From positions 128,001-192,000 of the IMG/VR virus record IMGVR_UViG_3300045988_137032: 64,000 bases of DNA; one strand, written 5' to 3'. The first letter of the stretch is position 1, and each line of letters starts with the position of its first letter. Positions 1 through 8,746 of this stretch are shown one piece after another. The DNA is from a virus. Under the pieces are notes generated by a model. That model was given only the letters and a program-made list of their open reading frames with translations. It was not told the origin of the DNA and did no database searches. A program made the translations under genes and the position numbers.

Positions 1-696
1 TCTCATATAAATGAGACCGCTATCCGTGATAGCAAGTTCAACCGCTCCAATTCCACTAGAATCAGTCCATCCGTCAAAGCCAATCACAGTTGCATAAGCT
101 GTATTTGTTCCTGCATCTGGTAAACCGATAACTGTAGAATCTTTAATTCCTACAAAATTAAAACCATTTGTGTAATCACTAGGTTTTGTAGCAGTATCCC
201 TAGTATCTTCGGTTATCTCAAGGCTATCATGCGTATGCGTATTAGGACTCTTGGTGTCCAGTTCTTCTTTCAGAAGTCTGCCACAGTTTGCAGACAATGC
301 AGATTCACTGTCCGTAGAATCTAACCAGTCTTTCACCAGCGGTGAAACCTTATACCACGTGATATTAGCATTTGCTAATTTTTTACCGTAGAACACACTT
401 GTCTCAAGATTAAAGATATAGTCGCCAGTTCCCGCTACGAATACATCATATCCATAGCTCTTACCGGATGTCAATTCATCTTTGATCTTAATAGCAGGTG
501 TGTTTTTGACGTTGGAAGTATCCGTTACATTGTCACCGTCTTTATTGACGCTGTATGTAAAGCTTCCATGATACCAACCGGGTTCTGTAATCTGGATAAT
601 ATCAGTCATAGTACTGGAAATTGTAATCGGTTTATTCAATGTAATATTAGATCCATCGTTTCTAATTAGAGATGCTTTCTTATCTCCAATAGTCAT
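1..696 (-). CDS. Tail fibre protein, N-terminal part (gene runs out of the window at position 1)
   Basis: Minus-strand frame is open from ATG at 696 to position 1. It is missing from the ORF track because there is no stop in the window. My translation is MTIGDKKASLIRNDG...ITEPGWYHG...SESALSANCGRLLKEELDTKSPNTHTH...LIYMR. It carries fibre-type motifs. Confidence 0.6.
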   Translation of the reverse strand, partial: MTIGDKKASLIRNDGSNITLNKPITISSTMTDIIQITEPGWYHGSFTYSVNKDGDNVTDTSNVKNTPAIKIKDELTSGKSYGYDVFVAGTGDYIFNLETSVFYGKKLANANITWYKVSPLVKDWLDSTDSESALSANCGRLLKEELDTKSPNTHTHDSLEITEDTRDTATKPSDYTNGFNFVGIKDSTVIGLPDAGTNTAYATVIGFDGWTDSSGIGAVELAITDSGLIYMR

Positions 697-751
697 AGAA
701 TCACATCCTAACATAAAACTAACATTACCCCGTAGGGGAATAAGATAGTTC

Positions 752-808
752 CTGAATGGTATCCAATAAACAAATCCGTAACGGATTTGTTTATTGGATA
801 CCATTCAG
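752..808. repeat. 57-nt near-perfect palindrome (28-bp arms) in the divergent fibre-gene intergenic region
   Basis: CTGAATGGTATCCAATAAACAAATCCGT / ACGGATTTGTTTATTGGATACCATTCAG read directly. No T-run follows on either strand. Confidence 0.9.
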
Positions 809-859
809 CATATTGTAGAAATTGTAAATGAAGCAATATGTATGAGAGAGGTGGTTAAT

Positions 860-1750
860 ATGGCATCTGAAAAAGTTTTATATAAAGCTGAAGATGGCAC
901 ATTAATTAATCTTAGTACTAAGGTAATCAATAATACAACAACTGATAGTACAACGGATGCATTAAGTGCTGCTCAAGGCAAAGTATTAGCTTCTAAGTTT
1001 ACTACTCTTACAAAGAGTTCAGTTGGACTCGGTAATGTAGATAATACAGCCGACTCCGCTAAAACTGTAAAAGCTGCAACTAAACTTCAGACATACAAGG
1101 CTGGCAGCACTACAGAAACATATGGTGATGAGTATCCGTTTTATGTGCAGTGGCAGAGTGATAATACATTGAAACTGACTTGTGATGGTTATAAAACAAG
1201 AGTAGATATAGCTGATTCTGCTCTCCCATTGTCGGGTGGAACTTTATCCGGGCAGGTTAATTTTGGGTCCAGCTCATACTATGTGAAAGCAGATGGTACT
1301 GCTAATTTCAAGACAGTTACGGGTGCAGTCTATAACGACTATGCTGAGTTCTTCCCTCGTGGAGAAGCCACTGAACCTGGCGATATCGTAGCACTCGATC
1401 TTTCTTCTGATCATGAATCTTACATCAAAGCAACTGCAACAAGTAAAATTGTTGCTGGTGTCCATTCCGATGAGTATGCTATGCTTATTGGTGGTGATAA
1501 GGTTGATGATGGGAATTACGTGGAAAAGAATATTGAAAAATATATTCCCGTAAGTCTCTGTGGCCGTGTCTTCTGCAAGTGTGTTGGCAAGATTCACCGT
1601 GGTGATACGATTGTCGTATCGGATATTCCCGGTATCGGACGAGCAAAATTACCCAACGATTATGTGGAAAATACACAGATCGTTGGATACGCAGTGGATG
1701 AAGACATGAACGAAGAGATTCGTCGAGTACGTATTCGTGTAAAGGGGTGA
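860..1750 (+). CDS. Tail fibre protein with C-terminal peptidase-G2/intramolecular-chaperone-like domain
   Basis: ORF track 794..1750. I moved the start to the ATG at M23, behind GAGAGGTGG. Motifs ALSAAQGKVLA and GLGNVDNTADSAK are typical of phage fibres. The C-terminal NDYAEFFPRGEATEPGDIVAL...GVHSDEYAMLIGG resembles the G2 IMC domain, from memory only. Confidence 0.6.
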   Translation: MASEKVLYKAEDGTLINLSTKVINNTTTDSTTDALSAAQGKVLASKFTTLTKSSVGLGNVDNTADSAKTVKAATKLQTYKAGSTTETYGDEYPFYVQWQSDNTLKLTCDGYKTRVDIADSALPLSGGTLSGQVNFGSSSYYVKADGTANFKTVTGAVYNDYAEFFPRGEATEPGDIVALDLSSDHESYIKATATSKIVAGVHSDEYAMLIGGDKVDDGNYVEKNIEKYIPVSLCGRVFCKCVGKIHRGDTIVVSDIPGIGRAKLPNDYVENTQIVGYAVDEDMNEEIRRVRIRVKG

Positions 1751-1756
1751 TGTGAA

Positions 1757-2620
1757 ATGGCAAGTCAAGGTTCAAAGATTACTGCTTCTGATTTTACCTC
1801 TTTGAAAAATCTCGTCAATAGCGAAATTGGTCGGCGAGGTAAAGCAGAAGGTACTGGGCAGAACCAGAGCTACGGAAGTTTATCTTCTTATTCTGGATCT
1901 GCTTATCAATATACAACTACTCCTGCAGCAGGAGTAAAGATTGCTACGGAGCATATTACGAAGATTACAACACCAATCGGTGCAATCAATGGATCAACTC
2001 CTTCCTTTTCCAGTGGAACTGTGGTAAGAGCATCCGATATTGCAAATGCCGCAAATACACTAAGTGGACTCACTGTCATTAAGGAAAACGCTTCCTCTAG
2101 TGGCTGCGCTGGTAAATGCAGTGGACTTTGCTCTTCTGGATGTAATACAACATGCTCAAGTTGTTCCAGTAACTGTGGTAGTGGATGTGCAACTTGCGCT
2201 AGTGGTTGTTCTAGTGGATGCACGAATACATGTTCTGGAGGCTGTTCAGGTAGTTGCGATGGCGATTGCAATGGCTGTTCCGGCTGCGACGGATGTAGTG
2301 ATACCTGTAAAACAGACTGTAGTGGCGGCTGTAAAGAACGCTGTAATGCTAACTGTGCTAGTGATTGTGGTGGATCTTGTAGATTTACCTGCCTCGCACT
2401 ATGCGGAAATTGCCAAAATTCTTGTGATGATTCATGCTCTGGCCATTGCGGAACAAAATGTACAGATAGCTGCGACCTTGACTGTACTGGATCATGCAAA
2501 GGAAGTTGTAGTGGCGGTTGTGACGGTAGTTGTAGTGGCGGTTGTAAGAGTTGCTCTGGCTCATGCGAAGGAAACTGTACAGGTAGCTGTAGTGGATGTT
2601 CCGGTAAATTCTTATTTTAA
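1757..2620 (+). CDS. Cysteine-array (C-x3-C ladder) protein, probable fibre-associated structural protein
   Basis: 287 aa. Residues ~117-281 hold 44 Cys by my count, almost all spaced C-x3-C, in a Gly/Ser-rich background. The gene starts 6 nt after the fibre gene stop. Confidence 0.75.
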   Translation: MASQGSKITASDFTSLKNLVNSEIGRRGKAEGTGQNQSYGSLSSYSGSAYQYTTTPAAGVKIATEHITKITTPIGAINGSTPSFSSGTVVRASDIANAANTLSGLTVIKENASSSGCAGKCSGLCSSGCNTTCSSCSSNCGSGCATCASGCSSGCTNTCSGGCSGSCDGDCNGCSGCDGCSDTCKTDCSGGCKERCNANCASDCGGSCRFTCLALCGNCQNSCDDSCSGHCGTKCTDSCDLDCTGSCKGSCSGGCDGSCSGGCKSCSGSCEGNCTGSCSGCSGKFLF

Positions 2621-2647
2621 TAGATAGTGTGGAATGAGGTGCTATAA

Positions 2648-3229
2648 GTGAGCGTTTATAAACCAAATAATGATCACGAACTTAAGAAAGTCTTTATAGA
2701 AAATACCCCGATAATTAAGTTCGTTTCCCATGATGTATTTGAAGACAACGATTGGAAAGAATTCATGCAGCAATGCCCCGATAATTCGAATCAGTTCGAA
2801 TGGTGCATTTGGGCCGCTGGAATTTTCCGTTGCGATAATATCATGGATGATAAGTTTGACACATACGCGGCATACTGCGCATCCGTGATTCAAAGCATTG
2901 CAAAAGATTGTAATGTGGAGTGTTCTGACGATCGTATGATCGTCCTTGCATATGGTCTCGCAGCACGGACTTTCAATTTTGAAGCTGCAAAACTTGAAAA
3001 GTCCGATTATAATTTTGATGCAATGCTTAATGCATCTGATTACGAATGCACCGATGATATTGATTTCTTATCAATGTGGGAAATGCTTGTCATGACTATC
3101 CGATTCATTCGTGTTCTTGATCCGTCAAATGTCAAAGCACTGATCAAAGTCATGAAAAAGGTAAATTCCATTCGTGATAAGTATAATGAAGTATACACCC
3201 GGATGAGTAACATGACAGCTAATTATTAA
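2648..3229 (+). CDS. Hypothetical protein (Cys-array/rSAM operon)
   Basis: 193-aa ORF with a GTG start, co-oriented and tightly spaced within the operon. Confidence 0.6.
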   Translation: MSVYKPNNDHELKKVFIENTPIIKFVSHDVFEDNDWKEFMQQCPDNSNQFEWCIWAAGIFRCDNIMDDKFDTYAAYCASVIQSIAKDCNVECSDDRMIVLAYGLAARTFNFEAAKLEKSDYNFDAMLNASDYECTDDIDFLSMWEMLVMTIRFIRVLDPSNVKALIKVMKKVNSIRDKYNEVYTRMSNMTANY

Positions 3230-3254
3230 TATATTTTAGGGAGAGTGCACGTTT

Positions 3255-3554
3255 ATGAAAATTATTAGCATTACGACTCAAGAAAGCGAAGCCGTTGAGC
3301 GGGCTTATTATGAGTCGCAATCATATGAATCCATCGTTTCTATTCTCTGTAGAGAATTGAATGAAAACGCAAATCCTTTAACATCTGAGATGCTCCATCA
3401 TTATATCGACTTGTGCAAAACTGCAAAGATGCGTCTCAAATTGACGCAAGACAATGTAATTGGCAGATACGTCGACAAGTCGGAGTTTAATAATGCCCCG
3501 GTAACATTTGATTTTGAGCGCGAGGAGATGTTGGTATCAGATGAAAAAGCGTAA
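3255..3554 (+). CDS. Hypothetical small protein, translationally coupled to the radical SAM gene
   Basis: 99-aa ORF behind GGGAGAG. Its 3' end overlaps the rSAM start by 14 nt. Confidence 0.6.
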   Translation: MKIISITTQESEAVERAYYESQSYESIVSILCRELNENANPLTSEMLHHYIDLCKTAKMRLKLTQDNVIGRYVDKSEFNNAPVTFDFEREEMLVSDEKA

Positions 3555-4905
3555 TAAGCGTCTCTATGAAGAGTATACTGATATGGTCCAAAGGCTGTAT
3601 AAGAAAGACTTTGTTCTCAGCGGAGCATTATCAGCATTGAAAATTTGCAGATATGTGACTTTTCAGATTACGAATGCTTGCAATCTTCGGTGTTCTTATT
3701 GCTATGAGCATAATAAGAACTGTGGAGCCATGAGCCTTGATACAGCCAAGAAAGTCGTCGACTATATTCTTGACTTGTATGCTGACAACACATCTGATTT
3801 CATCTCTCAGCAAACAAAGGGTGTTGTTCTTGATTTTATCGGCGGAGAGCCTCTTCTGGAAGCTGAACTGATTGAGCATATTTGCGACTATTGGTTCGAG
3901 CAGTGCTATAAAAGAGACATTCCTCTCGGCCCGTTTACAAGAATCTCGTTTGCTACAAATGGTAAGGCTTGGTTTGAGCCTGCATCCATGCATTTATTTG
4001 AAAAATACCATGATATCATGTCGGTCACAGTATCTATTGATGGTGTTCAAGAACTTCATGATATGTACCGTGTTGACAGTAATGGCGTTGGAAGTTTTGA
4101 AATGGCTTGGCGAGCTTTTCAAGATGCAAAAGCTCGATATGGCTGGCTTAATTCCAAGATGACATTTGTTCCCGGATCAATCAAATATTTATACTCCAGT
4201 GTGAAAATGATGATTGATGAAGGGTGCACTTATATTCATGGTAATTGTGCATATGAGCCCATGTATACAAATGAAGATGGGAAAAACTTGTATAACGAGC
4301 TTAAGAGACTTGCCAATTATATCATAGATGAGCATCCGGATGTATTCTTTGCAATGTTTAATCCAGATGAATATGGTGAAGCAGTCGATTTAGTGCATGA
4401 TGATAACAACTACTGTGGTGGTACGGGAAATATGCTATCATTTGCTCCGGACGGCAAAGCATATCCATGTATCAGATACGCTCCCATTTCTATCGGAAAT
4501 GAGAAAGCAGCCAAAGTATGCTTTGGCGATGTCAATAATGGTGGACTATACGCAACCGAAGAACAACGCAAAATTAAGCGTGAGTTGGATGCTATCACCC
4601 TGACATCGCAATCTACAGACGAATGTATCAATTGCCCTGTATCCAAAGGATGTGGATGGTGCTCTGGATATAATTACGAAAAATATGGTACTGCAAATAA
4701 GAGATATACTGGAATTTGCAAAGCACACAAAGGCAATGTCCTTGCTGTGTACTATTATGTGAACACTCGGTATCTTAAACTTGGCGATACGGAACCGAAG
4801 AAGATTAAACTGCCTTATGATGAGGTAGTAGAAATTCTCGGTAAAGAAGAAGCTGACAATCTTTTCGCCCTTGAAAAGGAAGCTTTTTCTCACTACGAAA
4901 TGTAA
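3541..4905 (+). CDS. Radical SAM enzyme with SPASM domain (anSME/peptide-maturase-like)
   Basis: CNLRCSYC (CX3CX2C) and GGEPLL are present. The C-terminus has C-x12-G-x4-C, then CINCPVSKGCGWC, then a further Cys. I moved the start to ATG 3541 (M12 of track ORF 3508..4905). Confidence 0.85.
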   Translation: MKKRNKRLYEEYTDMVQRLYKKDFVLSGALSALKICRYVTFQITNACNLRCSYCYEHNKNCGAMSLDTAKKVVDYILDLYADNTSDFISQQTKGVVLDFIGGEPLLEAELIEHICDYWFEQCYKRDIPLGPFTRISFATNGKAWFEPASMHLFEKYHDIMSVTVSIDGVQELHDMYRVDSNGVGSFEMAWRAFQDAKARYGWLNSKMTFVPGSIKYLYSSVKMMIDEGCTYIHGNCAYEPMYTNEDGKNLYNELKRLANYIIDEHPDVFFAMFNPDEYGEAVDLVHDDNNYCGGTGNMLSFAPDGKAYPCIRYAPISIGNEKAAKVCFGDVNNGGLYATEEQRKIKRELDAITLTSQSTDECINCPVSKGCGWCSGYNYEKYGTANKRYTGICKAHKGNVLAVYYYVNTRYLKLGDTEPKKIKLPYDEVVEILGKEEADNLFALEKEAFSHYEM

Positions 4906-4911
4906 AAGAAT

Positions 4912-4958
4912 AAGCACACAAGCTGTGATTTTATATCCGGCTTGTGTGCTTATTTTTT
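4912..4958 (+). terminator. Intrinsic terminator of the fibre/rSAM operon
   Basis: AAGCACACAAGC ... GCTTGTGTGCTT stem followed by a T6 run. Confidence 0.85.
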
Positions 4959-5000
4959 CATATCATAGTAGACGGTTAAATATGAAAGGATGTGTTTACC

Positions 5001-5282
5001 ATGGCAAAAATTTATTCTGTATTTACTTTGATTGGTGGTTATGGCCCTGAGATAGAATCATCCTATTTTGATCATGATAGAGCAGTCAATCATCTTTATG
5101 AACTTTGCGATTACTATAATGAAGAAATGCGGAATGATCATGTACCGGCTGCTGAATGTCATGAGCCGTATGAAGTTGATGAAGAGACTGAGAAGATATT
5201 TTACCCAATAAAATATAAAGATTATCCTAAGCTTAAGCATATGATTATTACAGCATGGATTAGAGAATTGGAGGTTCAATAA
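5001..5282 (+). CDS. Small hypothetical protein, paralogue 1 of 3
   Basis: Track ORF 4992..5282, with the start moved to the ATG at M4. It ends ..WIRELEVQ, like the next gene. Confidence 0.6.
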   Translation: MAKIYSVFTLIGGYGPEIESSYFDHDRAVNHLYELCDYYNEEMRNDHVPAAECHEPYEVDEETEKIFYPIKYKDYPKLKHMIITAWIRELEVQ

Positions 5283-5284
5283 TT

Positions 5285-5560
5285 ATGAAAGTTTATGCTA
5301 TTATTTCCACTTATGCATCAAATCCTGAAGCTGAGCTTGAATCTATTGCTTATTCTAGTAGAGAGAAAGCGATTGCGTATTTGTATTCATTATGTGATAA
5401 ATATAATGCATGGTGTAGAAAATCATCTTATCCAGAGCAGCGTACTCGGATATATGAAGTTGATGAAATTAACGGCGCCATCTATTATAAATACATTGAC
5501 TCTTTAAATCGTGTTTCTCGTATTGATGAAACATGGATTAAAGAATTAGAGGTAGAATAA
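5285..5560 (+). CDS. Small hypothetical protein, paralogue 2 of 3
   Basis: 91 aa, 2-nt spacing from the previous gene. It shares the MK(V/I)Y..I start, a LY.LCD.YN core and the WIKELEVE end with the previous gene. Confidence 0.65.
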   Translation: MKVYAIISTYASNPEAELESIAYSSREKAIAYLYSLCDKYNAWCRKSSYPEQRTRIYEVDEINGAIYYKYIDSLNRVSRIDETWIKELEVE

Positions 5561-5562
5561 TT

Positions 5563-5766
5563 ATGAAAATTTATGTTATCGTATGTAGAAATAACTATTC
5601 CACGTGGATAGATGATAAAACCTTTACTGAAGAAGCAGAAGCATTCCTATATGCTTACCGTTCAATTTCAAGTCCCGTAATGTGGAAAGTATGTCCGATT
5701 AATGTTGATATCTCTAATGAGATGAGTGTTTCTGACACACTACTTGGACAAAATAAGGATGTCTAG
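5563..5766 (+). CDS. Small hypothetical protein, paralogue 3 of 3 (shorter)
   Basis: 67 aa, MKIYVIV.. start, 2-nt spacing. Confidence 0.55.
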   Translation: MKIYVIVCRNNYSTWIDDKTFTEEAEAFLYAYRSISSPVMWKVCPINVDISNEMSVSDTLLGQNKDV

Positions 5767-5992
5767 ATTGAAATTCTCTATGACCCAAGAAACCACTTAG
5801 GTACTAGGCATGTTATCTCTCCTTCTCATATAAAGTATTATGCGCTTCCTACAGAGCAAGGTGATATAAATAACCTTAAAAGAGGATTAATACGTCGTAT
5901 TTATCAAGGGCTTTAAACGCTTGATGATGCGCATACGATAAAGATCATTATCTGAAAACACCAAATTAACGTAGAGAGAGAAAGGAGGAAAT

Positions 5993-6544
5993 ATGATGGA
6001 AATAAAAGAAGCCATTGTGGAAGCTTGTAGTAATAGTCTCATTACTGCAACAGAAGCAATGCAGTTATTTTCCATTATAACGGAATCCGAAGTAAGTGAA
6101 GTTGATAAAGACTTTAAACCAAAAGAAAGTATGAAATTATCATCTTTTCAGAAAATCCATATTACAGAATCCATCACAGAAGAATACAAAAGTAAATATC
6201 CGGATCTAAAGCATGTAAGATGCAAAGATACGGATACATACAAGTGTGATGGATATATGTGGATGGACGGAGAAAATCTAGTATGCCATGTAGGATCATG
6301 TGAATACTTGGATGATAAAACAAAATGGATCGTATCGTTAGAAATAACGAAAAACTATAAAGGTCATGGATTATCAAAACAACTGATTGATTATGCTGTG
6401 AAGAATATGAAATGCAAATATCTATCAGTGGATAAGAGCAATAAACTCGCAAAGATGATCTATGACGAATATGGGTTTAAAGTATATCAAGAAGACAAGA
6501 AAATGTATTATATGACACTGGATAAAAATCCAGTAAAATCATGA
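5993..6544 (+). CDS. GNAT-family acetyltransferase with CTS-like N-terminus
   Basis: N-terminus is MMEIKEAIVEA. GNAT motifs are ITKNYKGHGLSKQLIDYAV and SNKLAKMIYDEYGFKVY. An AAAGGAGG RBS precedes it. Confidence 0.7.
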   Translation: MMEIKEAIVEACSNSLITATEAMQLFSIITESEVSEVDKDFKPKESMKLSSFQKIHITESITEEYKSKYPDLKHVRCKDTDTYKCDGYMWMDGENLVCHVGSCEYLDDKTKWIVSLEITKNYKGHGLSKQLIDYAVKNMKCKYLSVDKSNKLAKMIYDEYGFKVYQEDKKMYYMTLDKNPVKS

Positions 6545-6565
6545 TGAAAGGAGAATATAGCATAT

Positions 6566-7648
6566 ATGGATTGGATGAAATTACAACTTTCTATTTATGA
6601 AAGTTATTCCAATGGTGATATTACAAAAGACGCATGCGATAGTCTTATCAATTCCATCTATAATAAGATTGGTGATAGTATCGTTGAAGAAGCAGAAAAT
6701 GCTGAAAACGAATTCATCAATACTTCACTTAACGTGCTTACTGAAAATACTCATGATAGCAATTTACTTATGGAAGCAGCTAATACGTTCGCTGATAAAG
6801 TAAAAGCATTATGGGAAAAATTTAAAGCGTGGCTGAAAGCTTTAATTAATAGGCTATTTGGCAGAAAAGAAAAACCTTCCGGGAAAGTAAATGGTCCGAA
6901 AGGTTTAATGAATGCTTTAAATACGCTGAAATCGAAAGTGAAATCACTGAAAGGTGCTACTGGAGCTAAGGTAGCAGTAGCTATCGGTGGTATTGCAGTT
7001 TCTATCGCTGGTGTAAAGAAAGTTCTCAGCAACAAAGGCGATACAGAAGAAGTAGATGCTAATGCTGTAGATAAATCTTGTAAAGATATCATGGATGGTT
7101 GCCAATCAGTATCTGAAGATCAATCCAAAAAAAAAGGTACTGTGGATAAAGAGAATCCTGTATCAAAAGTTATCAAAGCACTCCGTGATACTGCATCATT
7201 AATTGGAAGTGTTGTGAGTGGATTGATCCATCGCAAGGCTTCCAATCAAACTGAAAATAAAGCGTCAAATAATCCAGTTCTTAGTAAAGAATTTATGGAC
7301 GCAATCAATAAGAAAGATAATCTTGCTGTAAAGATTATGATTAAGGATGCTATTGTTTTTGATGCCACAGACACAAAAGGGATTCGTAGTGTTCCTCCTA
7401 TGCTTTCAGAAGCTAAGAAGAGTACTCCTGAAATTTTTGACAACCAAGAAAAATTCGATGATATGACAGATGATAAGTCCAAATGGACAATGGATTATAT
7501 GAATTTGCATCTTGTGAAATTGATGAGTGGTAACTTCACGGAAGAGAATATTCATTATCTTGAAAAAGTTGCTAAAATAGCGATGAATAATAATTCTAAG
7601 AAAGATACTACATCAAAATCTTCTGATAATGATAAAGAAAGGGGATAG
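6566..7648 (+). CDS. CTS-like family protein (long N-module, type A)
   Basis: Starts MDWMKLQLSIYESYSNGDIT and has the helix ALWEKFKAWLKALINRL plus a hydrophobic segment AVAIGGIAVSIAGV. Contains an in-frame A9 tract at 7127..7135. Confidence 0.7.
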   Translation: MDWMKLQLSIYESYSNGDITKDACDSLINSIYNKIGDSIVEEAENAENEFINTSLNVLTENTHDSNLLMEAANTFADKVKALWEKFKAWLKALINRLFGRKEKPSGKVNGPKGLMNALNTLKSKVKSLKGATGAKVAVAIGGIAVSIAGVKKVLSNKGDTEEVDANAVDKSCKDIMDGCQSVSEDQSKKKGTVDKENPVSKVIKALRDTASLIGSVVSGLIHRKASNQTENKASNNPVLSKEFMDAINKKDNLAVKIMIKDAIVFDATDTKGIRSVPPMLSEAKKSTPEIFDNQEKFDDMTDDKSKWTMDYMNLHLVKLMSGNFTEENIHYLEKVAKIAMNNNSKKDTTSKSSDNDKERG

Positions 7649-7653
7649 GAAAA

Positions 7654-8685
7654 ATGACAAATTTACAGCACGCTATTATGGAAGCTTCCAATTCAGATCT
7701 CATCTCATTTGAAAATGCATCAATGATGCTTACTATGTATGAGTCTGATGGTGAAGAAAAGGACACTATGGCCGATAAGATTAAAAAAGCTTGGGAGGCA
7801 TTTAAGAAATGGCTTCGTGACCTTATCAATAAGCTTACTGGTAAAAAGATTAACGACCGTGAGGTTAAAGTTCAGGAGCATAAGTGGAATGCTCTTAACA
7901 AATGCGCAAGCTATGTCAACAAAGCAGCGTCTAAGAATTTTACTGATGAAGATTCTGATGATGATCCTGTGATTGATAATCTTTTCATTGCATCAGAGTA
8001 TTTTACTGCAAAGACAGCAATTTCTCAGAAGATGGCAACTGTTACAGTCCAAGAGGTTCATGATCTGACAGTTAAAATTCATAAAGATCTTGATAAGATC
8101 ACTGAGAAAGCTGAAAATGGTACTCAAACACAGAAGAAGACCACAATGATGTATGTGCGGAAGATTTCCAATAACGTAACCTCTATTGAGAATCAGTGCA
8201 CGTCTTCTGATCATGCAAACTATGACACTGCTATTAAGCGTGCTTATCAGGATTATTTCGATAAGAATGTCAAGGACTATATGTACGTGCTGAATCTTCA
8301 GCTGATGTGCTCTAATGAGGGTCGCCCTGAAGATGACGATGGCCGATATGATTCGAAAGCCGACGCATATCGAGATTTCTGTCAGTCAATTAAAGCAAGA
8401 ATTGACGCTGAGTATTACAGAATTTCCAGAAATCCCGATATTGCAACTACCGAGGAAGAGAAGGCTAAACTACAAAAGGATCTTGAAGCTGGCAATGTGT
8501 CCGGCTATGCTGGTGATGTAATAAATCTTGCTAAGTTTGTTGGTAAGTGCTGCTCTCAGGTTAAAGCAAATAATTCTAGTAGCCTGAAGACAAAGTCTGG
8601 TAAGATTTATGATGAATATCATAAGATTATCAATTATCTTGCCTTCGAGATGAGATGGTGCAGGAATGCCAGACTGACTCACTAA
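7654..8685 (+). CDS. CTS-like family protein (short N-module, type B)
   Basis: Starts MTNLQHAIMEASNSDLIS and has the helix KKAWEAFKKWLRDLINKL. Confidence 0.7.
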   Translation: MTNLQHAIMEASNSDLISFENASMMLTMYESDGEEKDTMADKIKKAWEAFKKWLRDLINKLTGKKINDREVKVQEHKWNALNKCASYVNKAASKNFTDEDSDDDPVIDNLFIASEYFTAKTAISQKMATVTVQEVHDLTVKIHKDLDKITEKAENGTQTQKKTTMMYVRKISNNVTSIENQCTSSDHANYDTAIKRAYQDYFDKNVKDYMYVLNLQLMCSNEGRPEDDDGRYDSKADAYRDFCQSIKARIDAEYYRISRNPDIATTEEEKAKLQKDLEAGNVSGYAGDVINLAKFVGKCCSQVKANNSSSLKTKSGKIYDEYHKIINYLAFEMRWCRNARLTH

Positions 8686-8695
8686 CAACTTATTT

Positions 8696-8744
8696 AAAAA
8701 TACACGTCTTATTAGTGATAATACTAATAAGACGTGTATTTTTT
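8696..8744. terminator. Bidirectional intrinsic terminator between convergent genes
   Basis: AAAAATACACGTCTTATTAG ... CTAATAAGACGTGTATTTTT. Confidence 0.85.
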
Positions 8745-8746
8745 AA

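Noticed and set aside
1906-2627. Alternative-frame ORFs (1906..2499 minus, 2064..2627 plus) over the Cys-array gene
   Set aside because: They are by-products of the periodic TG(T/C)-rich repeat. The Cys frame follows directly from the fibre gene with an RBS and has a normal N-domain.
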